Shown here one piece after another: positions 11,499 to 25,270 of a stretch of 64,000 bases of DNA. Positions within the stretch are counted from its first letter, which is position 1, and the number at the start of each line of letters is the position of its first letter. Made by a program: the position numbers and the translations under genes. The DNA is from Oikopleura dioica. Taxonomy: Eukaryota > Animalia > Chordata. The notes beneath the pieces are model-generated. The model worked only from the letters and a program-made list of their open reading frames with translations. It was not told the DNA's origin and ran no database searches. Where the stretch lies: positions 5,208,001-5,272,000 of the forward strand of contig OU015567.1 of assembly GCA_907165135.1 (NCBI GenBank). Reading direction: 5' to 3'.

Positions 11499-14400
11499 AT
11501 GGCGATTGAATACAACTTAGATGTGGAGGAAGATTGCCCACTTTGCTGTGAGCCGCTCAATCATGATCTCAACTTTTATCCCTGTCAATGTGCTTTCCAG
11601 GTACTTTCAGATAGATTACAGTAAGTTGCAGTTTGGGGAGTTTCTTGGTTTTGTCGTTTTATTAGTCATTTTCTTGCGAAAACCATTGATAATACATTTT
11701 TACCGACGAAAACCAGTTAAAACCCTTCGAACCCAACTAAAAACCCATTGAATTCTCTATAAATCTTGTGAACCCTCATCGAACCAACTTACTATCCACA
11801 TAAACGGCCCGAAAACCATATAAAATCTTCGGAAACCACTAAAAACCCTGAAAACCGGGCTTTTGCCTTTAGAAATTGAGTAAAACACAATAAAATCGGA
11901 TCAATTTCCGGGGTTTTTTGAACTAGTTTTCACATTAAAACTGGTTTCAGATCGTTTTATCTGGTTTTTCGGGGGCTTTTTTGAGTTAAAAGTTGGTTTT
12001 TCTAGGAAAATTTAGTCGATTTACCCGTTTTTGATTCTCTTTCATAGATCTGTTCGATATGCTGGAATCGCATAAAGGAGCTGGAGGGAAATCTGTGTCC
12101 GAACTGTCGCGTTCCTTATCCGGACGAGCCGTATAGCTTCAAACCGCTTACCGAGAAGCAAGAAGCATTAATTGTTCAACGCGATCAACGATCCAATAAT
12201 AATACCGGTAAGTTACTCTCATTCTCGACCCGTGTGTAAGGAACACCCTTATTTTTAGTTCCAGCGGCGGCGAAGCCAAAAGTAGCGCCGATCCAGGACA
12301 AAGAAAAGCTGCGCGACGTGCGAGTGATGCAAAAGAATCTGGTGTTCGTGGTGGGCCTCCAGCCGAAACTGGCCGACGAATCGATGCTCCGGAAACAAGA
12401 GTACTTCGGTGAGACTAAAAAATGAACCCAGTCCGAGATTGCTCGACTAAGCTTCCTTTTTAGGGCGCTTTGGAAAGATCATGAAGGTCGCCGTCAATCA
12501 ATGTACTACTTATGCCGGCGTACAGGTTAGTTACTGACTGTAAAATGGTTTTTTATTACAGTATAGTCGCACAAACTCAATTTGAAAGCATGATTTTCCG
12601 GTTTCTATTCGTGAATTGACACTTTTCTCCCTTTATTTTCTCTATAGGGGCTTTCAGCCAATCAGAAGCGAGTAATATCTGGTTCTGCCAATCAAAATCA
12701 AGAAACAAGCTTTCTTTCGGACTTTTTCTCTTTATAACTAGATATCTAACCGGATTCTGGTGCTTTTGAATTGAATGAATATCAAAAGTATATACAGTAT
12801 ATGGATCAATATACAGTTAACCATCAATCAACCAATCCAGCATCGAAATTGTTGTTCTGCACTGATTTAACACCTATTTGTAGCATCGGTATTTGTATGA
12901 TTTTGCAAGAGAGGTAGGCTTTTACAAGCACTTATCCAAATTTATCATCATTTTTTGTCTTCTTCGGCGCTTTTCAACCCTTTACCTTTTCGAAAGAGCC
13001 GCGATGCGGCCTTTTGTCATAGCTCTTTGAAAACTCAGGTTTCTACACAGGAAAGAAAAAGCGCTGAGGAAGAAGTACCTCCCTCTTCATTTATCTTGCC
13101 CCTCATTGCATGCTAGTAGCATTGCTACTGTACCCCATTTTTCTATTTTCCCTGTCTGTAAAACCAACGGTAACCTCGTTTATCAGGGCCCCTCAGCATC
13201 AGCTTACGTAACCTTTTCGACGACGGATGCGGCGTTGAGATGTATTCAAACGGTTCACGGGTTGACGCAAGACGGGCGCACCCTCAAAGCGACCCTGGGC
13301 ACGACCAAGTACTGCTCCAGATTCCTCAACGGGCAGCAGTGTAAATTACAAGACTGTATGTATCTCCATGAAATCGCAGATCCAGATGCTAGCTTTACTA
13401 AAGAAGATATGCAAAAACAAAAGCACACAGGTAAAAAACGAATTATAACATCGCATTTCGAGGTCATTCTTGGTCACGTGACCTCAGTAAGGTCACCAAA
13501 CTTACTGCATCGGCCGGACAAGGGTCTTGGCTAACTCTGAGAATACAGTTGTTCGGGGACTAATCATTGAATTTATCCGCTAGAAGGCGGTAAAGTAAGG
13601 AAGTTACCTGAAATTTCAAATGAAGCAATGGATTCCTCACTTTGACGCTCTCTAGCACAGAAACCGAATGAGTTATCCCTGAACAACTTTATCCTCAGAG
13701 GTAGCTCAGGCCTTAATCGTCTTATTCAGTAGGATAAGTGACCTTAATGAGGCCACGTGAGCCCAAATGACCTGGAAAATGCGACATAAAATGATTTTCT
13801 TCGAGCAAAAGTTGTTTTCACCAATTTTTTGGTAGAAACTCGGCCCTTTTTAACCCATTCTTTGAAGAGTACGAGAGGAGGTTGATGGACAACTTCCGCC
13901 GGGCCTGCCAAGCCGAACAAGCTCGCAAAGAAGCTGCCGAGCGCGAGCGCCGTCTCCGCGAACAACTAAAGAAGAAAGAAGAAGAAGCGTCGCGGAAAAA
14001 AGCGGCGGCAGCTAAAGTGACGACGCCACACGCGCCAGAAGCAAAACGGCCGCGAAAACCGCCAGTCCCGACGGCGGCTACTGTTACTGCGAATACTGTT
14101 ACGTTACCGAAGCAAAATCAAAATCCGAGGAGCAGGCCGGCGCCGCCAAAGCCGAAATCGCCGAAAGTGCAAAAGCAGAAAAAGAATATTTATGTCGACT
14201 CGGATGATGAATCAGGTACGATAATGATTGGTAATTTGTTGCTAACTTCTTTCTTCCTAGAACTCGAACGCATCACATCAAAACAAATCAAAGACGCTGT
14301 GGACGAAGACGTCAAAGACTCGTGGGACACAAGCGACGAGGAAGACTGCCACAAAAGCAACAGCAACTCGGGCAAATCGTCAAAATCAAACTCGAAGCCG

Positions 14401-17263
14401 AGCTCCCGCGCTCCCTCTCGCAACGGCACTCCGCTGGAAACACACACACTCAGCAATCATTCAAATCATCACTCACACAGTAACTCCCAGTCGGAAACAG
14501 TAACAACCAGCCGTCCAAACAGCCAAAACAGCCGCAGCAGCAAGTCTGGATCGCATCGGGATTCGCCACACAGTAGTAACAGTAACACAAATTCAATTCA
14601 AAAAGAAACAAAAGCGAAACAAAACGAGCTCAATCTTCCTACAGTGGATCATCAGCTCTCGCAAGCGCAGATAAAAGCCGCCAGCAGAGCCGCCGCGAAG
14701 CAAAACGCAGAAAACGAGGCTAGAAATAACAGCACGATTAGCAAGAACCTCTTCGCAAACGGTGACAACCCGCCGCGGACGCTTCCATCTCCAGTCGAAG
14801 ATCAGAATCATCTGCCAGTATCGATCAGTAGTCAGTCTCGTCTTCCAGCCAGATCGCCAGTGAACCAGCCGCCGGCCGGGCTCATGTTTGACCCCTTCGC
14901 GCTCAATCCCCTTGCCTCGACCTCGACGACATCGTCTAGCAGACTTGGTGCGCCGCCAGGAGTCACAACACAGCCAAAGGCGAGCAGGAGCCCTCCTGGT
15001 TTCTCTTCAAGCTTCCAGCCGGTTCCCAAATCATCCTCATCTTCCTCGCAACTGCCGTTCAATCCCTTCGACAGCTTCTTTTCTGAGTCTGATCCAGCGC
15101 AAAAGTTACAAAGTTCTTCCCACGTAAGTAAAAGAATTAATCGAGTAGCTCAGATGAGAAAAAATAATGTGGAAACTTAAGACCCTTGTTCAGAATCAGA
15201 CGAAAACGAGCCAAGGAGCGAGTGTCAGTCAGGGAGGAAGCTTGTTCAACAGACTACCAACTGTGGATCAACTAAAGGACCCTTTTGCGAGGAAACCACC
15301 CAGCCAGACGAATGGAGTCAGCAGATCTTCTTTTGCCACCCCTCCGGTCCGGTTCAAAATCTTTTCTCCAAAAGTAGTAGCTCTAAGTCTGTAGTACAAG
15401 CATCAGAATGCAAAGTGAACCATCAAGTGCCCTCTCAAAAGCTCTTATCGACTGTTTACTAGGTTTCTATCGAACAAGAAGTCTTGTAAAAGACCAATCA
15501 GAGCTTTGAGGGTGTTTTTCTTGAAGTTTATATTAAAAAGTACAATTTTGAACCACGAAAAAGCCCGGCTTAGGCCAAGCAGCGAAGGACTGGGACTCAA
15601 ATTCGTCAGCTCGTTCTGGGATGCCGCCTCCTGCGCTCTCTCGGCGTGTTCCCCCTGCAGGCCTTTTCGATACAGGTTCATCTCATTCTAGTTCAAAGCT
15701 AGTTCCCGGTTTGGATGGTGTCGATCCCTTGTTGTTTGGGGGTGGTAGTGGACGGATGGGTACGTTCCTGTCACTAGCACTTATCAATTCATTTATCCAC
15801 TTATCACAATTCACCAATTCTTTTATTCTAGTGCATGCACAAAATGACTCATTCACCCAATCAACTCACACTTTACTTTCATCCAAATTCCTCCAAATCG
15901 GAATCCCATTTTGGGCCTCCAATTTGGCATCTGTCGATTTAGTAAGAGTTAGAAATCATCATCACCCCTTCTTGATTGAACTTGATTTGTAACTCTGCAT
16001 TAGACTCTTCTTTCCGCTTTCTAGGCTTTATTTCGCGAGTTGAGGTCGACCTCATTATAGCAGTAGAGAAATCACAAGTTGAAGATAATAAAGTAGAGGA
16101 TCCAGGAAATCGGCCACCCCGTTTTATCATTCTTGATCGCGAGTTCGATTTCCACTGCTGGGCTTTGGCGAAACCACTTTTGGTATCGCCAGATTTTCCG
16201 TAGCATCAACTGCATGATATTTTTTAAATTATTAAATGTAATGGCCCTCGTTCATTCATTTTATTTGCTTGAGGATACCTTTGTTCTTCCATATAAGCCC
16301 AAATGATGATGAACAAGGGTGTCTTCAGACAAAAAATTGGACGAACAAGGGCCGCATTTATTCCTTCATCATTGACTGTAACCGCCTTTTGTTACAGTAT
16401 GCCAGTTACAGTCAATGATATTTTTAGTAGGAATAAACGACTGTTTATTTCTTAGTTTTTTAACAATCCAATTAACATTCATTTATCATCATTTTTGCCA
16501 AAAATACTTCATCAGAAAAACGCAACTTTGTATTTGTTGCTTATACTCGCTTAGACCCTCCAGCGTCCTCCCTGATGCCGCGCCCGATTCCCGACTTGTT
16601 GCGAAACGGTGGGATTGGGCGAAGCCGACAAGACAGTGCCGATTTCGAAAACCTAGACTTTGACCCGATTGATTACTCGATGAAGGGACTCTCCAAGCTT
16701 CAGTTGAACGAACCGAGATCTGCCCAAACGCATCGTCCGCTCGCTGCATCACCTCAATTGCCGAGCAGGTTAGACAGGGAAAATTTTAGGCTCTCCCTCC
16801 ACTAACTGTTCTTTAGATCGATCTTTGGGGATCTCCAATCGCCGTCTGGAATGATGGGCCTCTTCGGCGAACGACCAGCGCCGCGGCCACAGTCGGGGAA
16901 GGACGAAGGACTTTGGTGAGCTTTCAAGGAATAGAATAAGGGGGTAACCACCGTTTCTTTTTCAGGCAGGAGAATCTGAGAAGGCTGCTACCGAATGTAA
17001 ACGTCCACTTTACATACAACGAACAAATGTCAAGACAAAATTCGTCCTTTTCCGAGCATAAACCACCGATGCAGCGAGGTAGCGCCCCCCCCCCTTATTC
17101 CTCTCCCTCACCCTCGATTTCAGGACCTCCTGGCCTGGGCGGACCGCCGGGCTTCAGCCAGTCGCCTCTGCTGGGCTTTCCCGACGCAGGAAACGCCTTC
17201 GCTCGTCAAAACAGCCGCCAACCTGTCGAGTCCGAATTCATTCCAAAAGGCTTACTAGACTAA
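11499..17263 (+). CDS. CNOT4: CCR4-NOT subunit 4, RING E3 ligase
   Basis: C4C4 RING (CPLCCEPL...CQC..ICSICW...CPNCR), RRM (VRVMQKNLVFVVGL; SAYVTF) and C3H1 (TTKYCSRFL...C...CMYLHE). Also a CAF40-binding-like motif (LDFDPIDYSMKGLSKL) and C-terminal WQENLRRLLPNVNVHF. Confidence 0.96.
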
Positions 17264-17861
17264 TTTAATAATTATTTCCCAAAAACCTAAAATATCAAAA
17301 AAAAAATTAAAAAAAGATAAATAGCTATTTATATTAAAATTATATTAATTCTGGTGTATTGTGCACGCGTTTGACTAAACAAAAAACGAAAACGCAAAAA
17401 TTAAACATCATCAAAACAAAAACAAAACAAAAAATAATGATGCCAAAAAAGTAATCATCAACTTTCACCTGTCCTGCACCTGAATCTTTTGCTGTAGATT
17501 CTCACATGTGCTCTATTTTTCATCAAAAAAAAAGAAAAAAATTCCACCAGCAACGAAAATCCTCAGAAAAAATCTCGTTTTCTACTTTTTCTTCTTTTTC
17601 TGGTTGAAACTCAAACAAAACAAGTTCAAATGAAAATTTTTCAATTTTATGAAAACATTATTAAAAACGAATTATACTTCAAAGTACACTTTTTACCGTG
17701 ATAAACAAAAACAGTTTCAAATTTGCTCTTTTTGAAGCGAAATTCTGCTAACAAAAACGTTTAAATATATATTTCGGTAATCGTATACGAAAACAAAAAA
17801 AAAGAGTGTGTTGTTTATTTGTACGCAGGTCCTGTCATACAGAAACTAAATGCTTTTTCCG

Positions 17862-18193
17862 TGATTTGGGTCCAAGAATATCGATAGAACTTTCGAACTA
17901 AGGGCCTGTTATTGTTGATTTCTTATTCAATTGCGCGAAATCAAAAATATAAGCCGATGTTTTGAAGTTCTATCGACACTCTTAGACTCTTACCGTCAAT
18001 TTACAGTCACTGATTCTATCTTGGTCTTACAGTATATAATCAGTGACTGTAGATTGTCGGTAAGAGTCGAAGAATGTCGATAGAACTTCAAACCCTAGGC
18101 TTCCATTTTTTGATTTCGCGAAATTTAATGTGGAAATCGACAATAATGGGCCTATAGCCCGAAAGTTGTATCAATAATAATGGACCCGAATCG
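17862..18193. mobile_element. Diverged foldback/MITE (~150-bp inverted arms)
   Basis: GGGTCC...GAAGTTCTATCGAC...CAGTCACTGATT is mirrored by AATCAGTGACTG...GTCGATAGAACTTC...GGACCC. Confidence 0.7.
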
Positions 18194-18206
18194 TTAAAAC
18201 GAGATC

Positions 18207-18949
18207 TTAAAGAAATTCGTCGTAGAAAGGATCTTCTGTTGGGTCAGCTTCAGATTCCAAGTCGCAATCTTCCAGCATTATTCGCAGTAAATCATCTTCT
18301 TGATTAAGATTTTCTTGGAATCTTACATTTGAATCAAAAACATCTTCGTCCCCCTCTTCGACCCGTTTCAAATCTGGCCTTATTGCTTGGATAACTAATC
18401 AGGATTTTCAATTGAAAACTACAGTTGCTTGTCATTTTCTGGAGGAAAGTAAAACAACAAATCCTTTGTTAGCAGTAATCACTTTAGCCCCAGCATTTTT
18501 CCACAGCGCTTTTGGTCTCTCCCTCGCGCCAAGTTCTTCCTTTTCTTTGTCCTTTCTCACCAAGCTGAACTTCCACGCTCCCAGGGAAAAGGATCTTCGC
18601 TTTGGTTTTCTCGGATCAGGCGGGAAATGGACTTCTGCAGGGGTAGACGCATTTCGTCTTTTAGCAACTTTCTGAAGGGTTCAAAAATAAGGTCGAGGTC
18701 GATGAACCAATCGAGAAGCCGTTTGCAGCTTCGAGTAAAATAAGTCGGAAAATCCGCGCTTCGCGCGGCTTAATTTCCTTTTACTCGAAGCCGCAAGCGG
18801 CTTCTCGATTTTAAGCTAGCATTTTACAGAAGTTACTGTCAGAATCACGGTAGCGTCTCTTGAACCCTCTATCCTACTGGATTGTCATGCAAAATGAAGC
18901 CATAGTTGATTCTCTTTTTAATCTTCTTCCACTCTTTGGCCGACGCCAT
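18207..18949 (-). CDS. Hypothetical multi-exon protein
   Basis: ATG MASAKEWKKIKKRINYG, internal coding-like segments and an acidic last exon (...DPTEDPFYDEFL*). Splicing not fully resolved. Confidence 0.45.
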
Positions 18950-19422
18950 GAAGCTCCGATCGAATAATAATTCAATTCCCATTCCAAAGTTATTTTGACT
19001 TTTGTGAACAATTGACAGTTGCGCTTTGTTTCTGATGGGAACATGGGAACTTTCTTTCTCGTTTTGTCTAATAAAAATTTATTGGGGCGATTTTATACGT
19101 AGGTACTGCAATTAAGTTTATAGGCAAGTCGAGTTTAGCGGCAACCGTGTGACTTTTTTTAAACAAACAAAATTAAATATTAAAAAAACAGGGCACTTTG
19201 GTATTTTTCCGAAAATTCTAGCGATTCATTTTTGCGGAAATTCCTTCAAGTTACAGTCATTTATTGTAATACTCATAATACTGTGAGCAAGATTTTACAA
19301 CTCACAGTTCAAATTTCTCCTGCTGAATGCAAATTTGCATAGTGCTTCCAAATTTTCAATAAATAGGGCAAAAGTCCAACTCACAGCATTTTAAAAGAGT
19401 CGCGTAAAAGAGACAAGACGAA

Positions 19423-20016
19423 ATGGGGCTTGTTGGGTACCTCTTTTCCTTTATGGGAATGATGAAGATGATAACGGGTTGTATGGCTTTACTTGGAGCA
19501 ATTTTGGTGCAAACAGCGATAAATGTGAAAATCAACTGGGACCTGCAATATTTTCATCTTTATCAACCCCTACAGTTTACAGCGGCTTCTGGTTATATTA
19601 TGTAAAATTTATTTTCCAATATTTTTTATCTTATTTTTCAACATAGATTCTCATATCACGCTATTACCTTTTTCATTTATGGAGCGGAGTTGGATCGAAA
19701 ATTCAGCTGGATGCAAAGTTTTAACTGGGAAAAAATCGAACTGCTCTGCTGCTGTGGATGCTGTGCTTTTGCTCTGATTGGGGGAGTTACTGGCATTGCT
19801 GTGGCTGTAAAAGATAAGAATCAAGAAGTAGGTCGAGTCAGCTTCTTGTAATTTCTTATTATTTTCTAGTATTTGCAAGCAAGAAATCTGTATGTTCAAA
19901 TAATGGTTGGAATATGCCTCGTTATGCTTTGCGTAATACCTACTTGTATATTCTATTTGATGCAATTTTTTACCTCTTGTCGGAGAAATCGAACGACTGA
20001 GTATGTCCACACATGA
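19423..20016 (+). CDS. Hypothetical four-TM membrane protein with CCCGCC cluster (3 exons)
   Basis: Two canonical GT-AG introns (one is 19828-19869) join three exons in frame. Four hydrophobic segments. Not captured whole by the ORF track. Confidence 0.7.
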
Positions 20017-20069
20017 AAAAATAAAGAAATGATCCTGTACTTCAGTCAATTTATTTGGCGAAAATGACA

Positions 20070-23000
20070 TCAGGTGCATTTTGTGATACAGCCAGATTTG
20101 AGATAGGCGCCCGTGCTTGGGTCTTTCAAGCAGAGATTCAGGCTGCATTCTAAGTAGAGCGTTGTGTCTTTTTGATCGAAAGTAAAACTTGTGAAGCCGA
20201 ATTTGGGAGGATCGGAGATGTTTCCGACGAGCTTGGAGTTGTCGAATTTGACCGCGACTGATGGTTTGCAAGGATTTTGAAGGATCGCGTATTTCTTGCC
20301 GGTTTTGGCGCTAGAATCGTACACAGTGCAGCTGTTGATCTGGAAAAGATGGGTAGAAGGAGGATTCAAAGGGTGATTTTTTACCTGATAGTCGTAGGGG
20401 ATGCCGAATTTGAAGTCAGTGGTGACCGCGCTTTTCATTTCCCCACCTAAAATGAAAGATAAGAAATTTACAAAACCAAATTTTTCTTACCGATTTGAAC
20501 CTGGGCATTTGAAATACCGGTCATTTTTACATTGAAAACGCCGGACAAACTGACTGGCTTTCCAGCTCCGCCAGTTTGAGGATCTGTCACGACAATTGGT
20601 CCGTTCTGGTTGACCTTGTAGGCATCGGACATCAAGTTCAGTGCGCTGAGATATTCGCATGTTGCGTCGATATGGGCAATTTTATCCAATAGGATTCCAC
20701 CGGACTGCGCTGGTTTCGTTCCGACGACTTTCCAGGTTGTCTTGATGACTTTTGCATCTTGAGAATAGCTTGCCGCGCATTTTGAAATTTCAATCGTCTG
20801 CTTGAATTCTCCATTGACAGGCGCGGTTGAAAATGAACAGCTTCCAATTTTCAACCTGACACTTGGCCATTGAGCTTTTGGGAGTTTTGGGAAGAGGGAG
20901 AGAACATGAGCCTTTTTCAGGATCGAAGCAGGTTTAAAATTGAGAAAAGAGATCTTGCTTTGATCCTGGCCTTGATGGTCATTGTTTTATCGGTGCAGAT
21001 GACTTCAGTTTTGGTGCCAGTTATGACTGGATTTGGAGGAGGCGTTGGCTTGCTTGAGACCTAAAAATCGCTAGAAAAGTCACCAAAAATTTTGCTCGAA
21101 GGTGAAATTGCTTATTGTTCTCTTCTCTTCACCTTTATGTCTCCATCATAGTCCCCCACAACGCAAAACTCATGATACATTCTGCTCAGAGTAACTTTCG
21201 CACTGCTCCCTGTTTCTGAGATCTCCCATCTTCCATCATCCCTCATCGCGAGCACATGATTGCTTTTCAGCGCTTTCCAGCCATCCGATCCAACTTGAGT
21301 TTGCACATTTTTGTAGTCGTGAAACCACTTCTTTTGCCATGTATCGTATCTGCTCATGACTGGATTTGGGAGATCCCAAATGTTCTTTTTTCCGCCATTT
21401 TTCGCCGGATCGAACATGTAGTAAACGCCCGAGCTCATCTGACAAGGGATCGTCGAATGGTACCAGCGGGAAGTCCCGTCGCTGAATTGCCGGAAATAGA
21501 TGTATCGGTTGCTGTCAATCAACTTGTACATCGGCACTTTCGGCGAAAAGAGGCAAGAGTCTTTCAGTGGCAAAGCGAGGTGAACACCAGAGAAGCCGTA
21601 AAGAGGGGCGATTTCGCCACCTTTGTGGGTGATTTTAATTGATTTTGGGTAGCCAGAAGATTTGATCTTTTGATACGTCCCGGTCCATTTCTGAAAATTT
21701 GATAAAGAAGAGCATACAAAGTATATGTTTTTATAACAATAAACCTTGAATATATCAAAATAGAATGAACCTCGCTAGTCGCACTACCGCCCTTGGAAAT
21801 CTCGATCGTATCAGCCTCACAGTACGCCTGACAAGTCTTTGCATCTTCATCAGATCCATCGATACAGTCATTGACTCCATCACAGTACCTATTCGCCAAG
21901 AAGTCCTGTCCGTTCTTGCATTTCTTCGTTTTGATAAATTGCCCTCCTGGCTTTCCACAATAGCTTTCGTACTTTTTCCCGAGCTGGATCAAATCCATCG
22001 AGGAAAGTCTTCTTGTTCTTGGCCATTGGACAGGATTGCCCTTCAGATCCGTGATTGTTGGAAGCCTTTTTGTCGCAGCATCGCTGGTCTGAAAAGCAAA
22101 GGCGGAGTAGTGCATGACGGATTGGATGTCGTAGGGAATGCCCATGTCGAACCAGTCCGCGGCCTTGATGATTTCGAAGTTGTGCTTTTTCGAAGAAGCG
22201 ATTCGATCGAAATGGACTTTTACAAATTTGTTTCTGTCGGGCCGTTCTTGTTCGTGGTTGAATGCCAGAGCGTGGAGCATCTCGTGGTTGATGATGTAGT
22301 TTACCAAGCATCCACTGGGACTCAAGTTCAGAATTTGCCCCTTTCCCTTGTAGTTGCTGTAGCTTCCCAAGTAGCCGACATTCGCAGAGCAGCCGTAGCT
22401 AGCTTTGTTCCAGATATTGATCCAGTAGGAAAATTTTTTCTGGGAAGAATCGTCTTGAAACTTGATGCAGCCATTGAGCTCTTTGGTAATTTCATCGAAC
22501 GATTCCTGGATGGTTTTCTTCGCGGTGGCAGTATGCTCGGCGGTCGGATCGTGGCGAAAAGGAATGACGAGATGTTTTCGGGTTTTGACCCCGTCGAGGT
22601 CGCCAGGCCAACTCTTGCTATTCAAGGCGCCGCGGGATTGAAGACCATCCGTGAGGTTTTGCGCGAGGAGCGTTTCGAACTGCTGTTGTTTGTACTCATC
22701 GGATTCGAAGTAATCGCAGATTTGTGGAGAAGCGAGCGAGCTACCTGATCGGCGGAAGCGAAAGACATCATCGGAGTAATCAACTGGTTGTTCTTCCAAG
22801 CTAGAGAACTGGTCGTCGAACGAGTTACCTGAGCTTGTTGTGGTTCCCACTGTTGAATACCAAGCGGCGTAGTTCAAAGTTGTAGAAGGGAGGGAGGTCG
22901 TTGATGTTGTTTGAAACTCGGTCGTTGTTGTTTCTTCTTCGGGGGTTGAGTAGGCATATGCATCGTTTGGATCAATCAGCACCTGTTTGAAGTTTTTCGA

Positions 23001-23202
23001 GATTTCGGCGAAAAGAAATTCTCTTGACGGAGCGCTAGAATCATGAAAAACAGTCCTTATCGAAGTCCAAGTTAAGGGTACACGCCTGCTCCACAGTCCA
23101 CAGTCTATCATCCTCTCTTCCTCCTTGCGGATTCCAGCCATGAAATGTCTCTAGCTCGAACGGCCCTGGAACTGGCTCTTGATACGCAGCCAGCCCCATC
23201 AT
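20070..23202 (-). CDS. Astacin-family metalloprotease with LDLa module and C-terminal ZP domain
   Basis: HEMLHALAFNHEQERPDR zinc motif, SVMHY Met-turn and LDLa (YCDGVNDCIDGSDE). ZP-N and ZP-C cysteine patterns lie in 20850-20070. The 5' end is uncertain. Confidence 0.88.
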
Positions 23203-23696
23203 CTTTTCTCAAAGCCGCAGAAAAAGTATTGATGAAAAAAGCGTCTGCAAAGGAAAAAAGGCAGTACCTGCTCTTTTAAACTTTAGCAAGCGCCGCGGGG
23301 GAGGGATTATTCTCAGCATAACCAGATAAGGTTTCGGGTGGGGTACTTATACGTTGATACCTTGTAATTACGTACTGACCCTGACAGTAAAACGACGGAC
23401 GAGGTTGCGGTGAAATTGATGGATAAATTATCAAGGATAATCCGAAAAATAAGACTTCTCAAATTAATAACTTCTTTTTTCTACCATTTTATAAACAAAT
23501 GAGTGCTTTTATCGGCATAAAGAAAGATACTATCAATTTTTTTATTCACAGTAAATTACTGTCTAGAGTTCTTCCATCACTTGCCTTCTTCTTCAAATCG
23601 CGCGCTTCCTCCTTTTGAGCGACGCGATTGGCCACCGTCGGAGGAGACTTCCCACGGTAAGGAATTTTTCAGAGAAAAAAGAGCGGAACGAGAAAA

Positions 23697-25127
23697 ATGC
23701 TGCTCTGGAGAAGAAATGTCGTTGTTTCACACTATTCTTTCGCGTCAGGTTAATTTTGAATCTTTATTTGACAATATTATATAAAAAATTATTGATACCG
23801 TGAAAATTATTAAAAAATATTTTGCAGAGAAAGTCTTTCCGCTTGTGTACCTGCTCTTTGGGGTCGTTTTCATCATCACAGTTCCGATTCTGATGGTTTT
23901 CAACGAGTCCAATGCCGATGGAAATCTGTATTCGTCGAATTCCGAAACGAAAATTCTTATCCCTGAAGTTAGACATTCGAAAGAAGCCGTTCTTATTCTC
24001 AAAACTGCAACAGGAACGTGGATTTAAATTAAAATTATTTTCCATCTTGTATGTATAAAAATAAAGCCATTTTCAAGAGACGAAGATCTACTCTCCAGGA
24101 AACCCAAATCTCGCCGACTCCACCGAAACGGCCCTCTGCTCCACCTCCATCCTCCCCCGCTTCGAGGATCGCTCCCAACTTTCCATCAAATTCTCCTGCT
24201 CGGTCTCGGACGTCATCGGCTTCGAACTCTACTCCTACTTGGCCGTCAAGATGAACGGTTTTTCCACCCACGATTCTCATTTTCTCGATCAGCTGATTTT
24301 CACCAGCGCCAATTCCCCGCAAATTTCTGCCGAAGCAACTGTTTCTTCAGAAATTGGGTTGAAGCGAATTTCGTCGATTTATGATGAATCAAGGTAAAAA
24401 CAGCCAAAGCGCGTAATTCGCAATTACGGTAGTTTCGCGGGTTCAAATCGTAATTTTCTAGCGCGCTGCTGCCCGCAGATGGGGAGAATGTATCGCCCGC
24501 CCTGATGCCCTCCTTACAGACGGATTTGTGGTCGCCAGACTTGGCCTTGCGCAATCATACAAGCAGGACCATCAGATTTGACGAGATTCATTCTAATACC
24601 AGGTAGGAAGAAGGGGAGGGAGCAAATTTGTGATGAATCCTGAAGTCGACGACCTGTGCATATAGCCTGACTCAGGGCCCTGAAAGATTTGGTCCTTCGC
24701 GGCTTTTTCTAAGATCTTTCACGACCCTGACTCAGGCTATCTTCACCGGTTGTCGAGCCCATCTTTCTTTGCTCCAAGCCGCAAGCGGCTTCTGACTTTT
24801 CAGCTTCGTCCCTTCACCTTTGACCAATAATCATCCCCTTTCTAGGTGGAGTACAGGTGATACACAGTCTTTCACTCTGACAGTCAACTACGAAATCCCG
24901 ATGGTCGTTGCTGAACGAAACGCGAAAGCCCTGACTTGGGTCAAATACGGCTTCATTCAATTTTTCGCCTTCTTCCTTGGTAAATTTAATTCAATTGGAC
25001 GGCGTAATTGACTGGTGTTTTTGTAGCCTTGGCGTTCCTTTTCTCCGGACTGACCGATCTGCTCTTTGAATCTGGTGTTTTTGCGAATTATTCGAAGATC
25101 GAAACGATTAAACCGAAGAAAAATTGA
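23697..25127 (+). CDS. TMEM231: Ciliary transition-zone protein TMEM231-like
   Basis: N-terminal TM followed by PEVRHSKEAVLIL (cf. PTVRFQHQVLL). C-terminal WVKYGFIQFFAFFLALAFLFSGLTDLLFE (cf. [20 protein letters not shown]). Confidence 0.75.
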
Positions 25128-25270
25128 AAAACGAAATCTTTTTTTATACACTGCCAGTTATTTTCTTTTTTAGTCTTTATCTTTTATTTTTAATAAAAAA
25201 ATGGTAAATGCAAAAACTATCTCTTTCTTTTGATGACAGCTTTCAAAATTCAGATGAGGTGATCTGAAAA

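Noticed and set aside
15939-16203. Coding-like ORFs on both strands inside a CNOT4 intron
   Set aside because: They are short, with no start/splice structure or homology that could be supported.
19651-20271. 206-aa minus-strand ORF
   Set aside because: It is antisense to the four-TM gene and an alternative frame of the ZP exon.
21765-22748. 327-aa plus-strand ORF
   Set aside because: It is the antisense shadow of the astacin exon.
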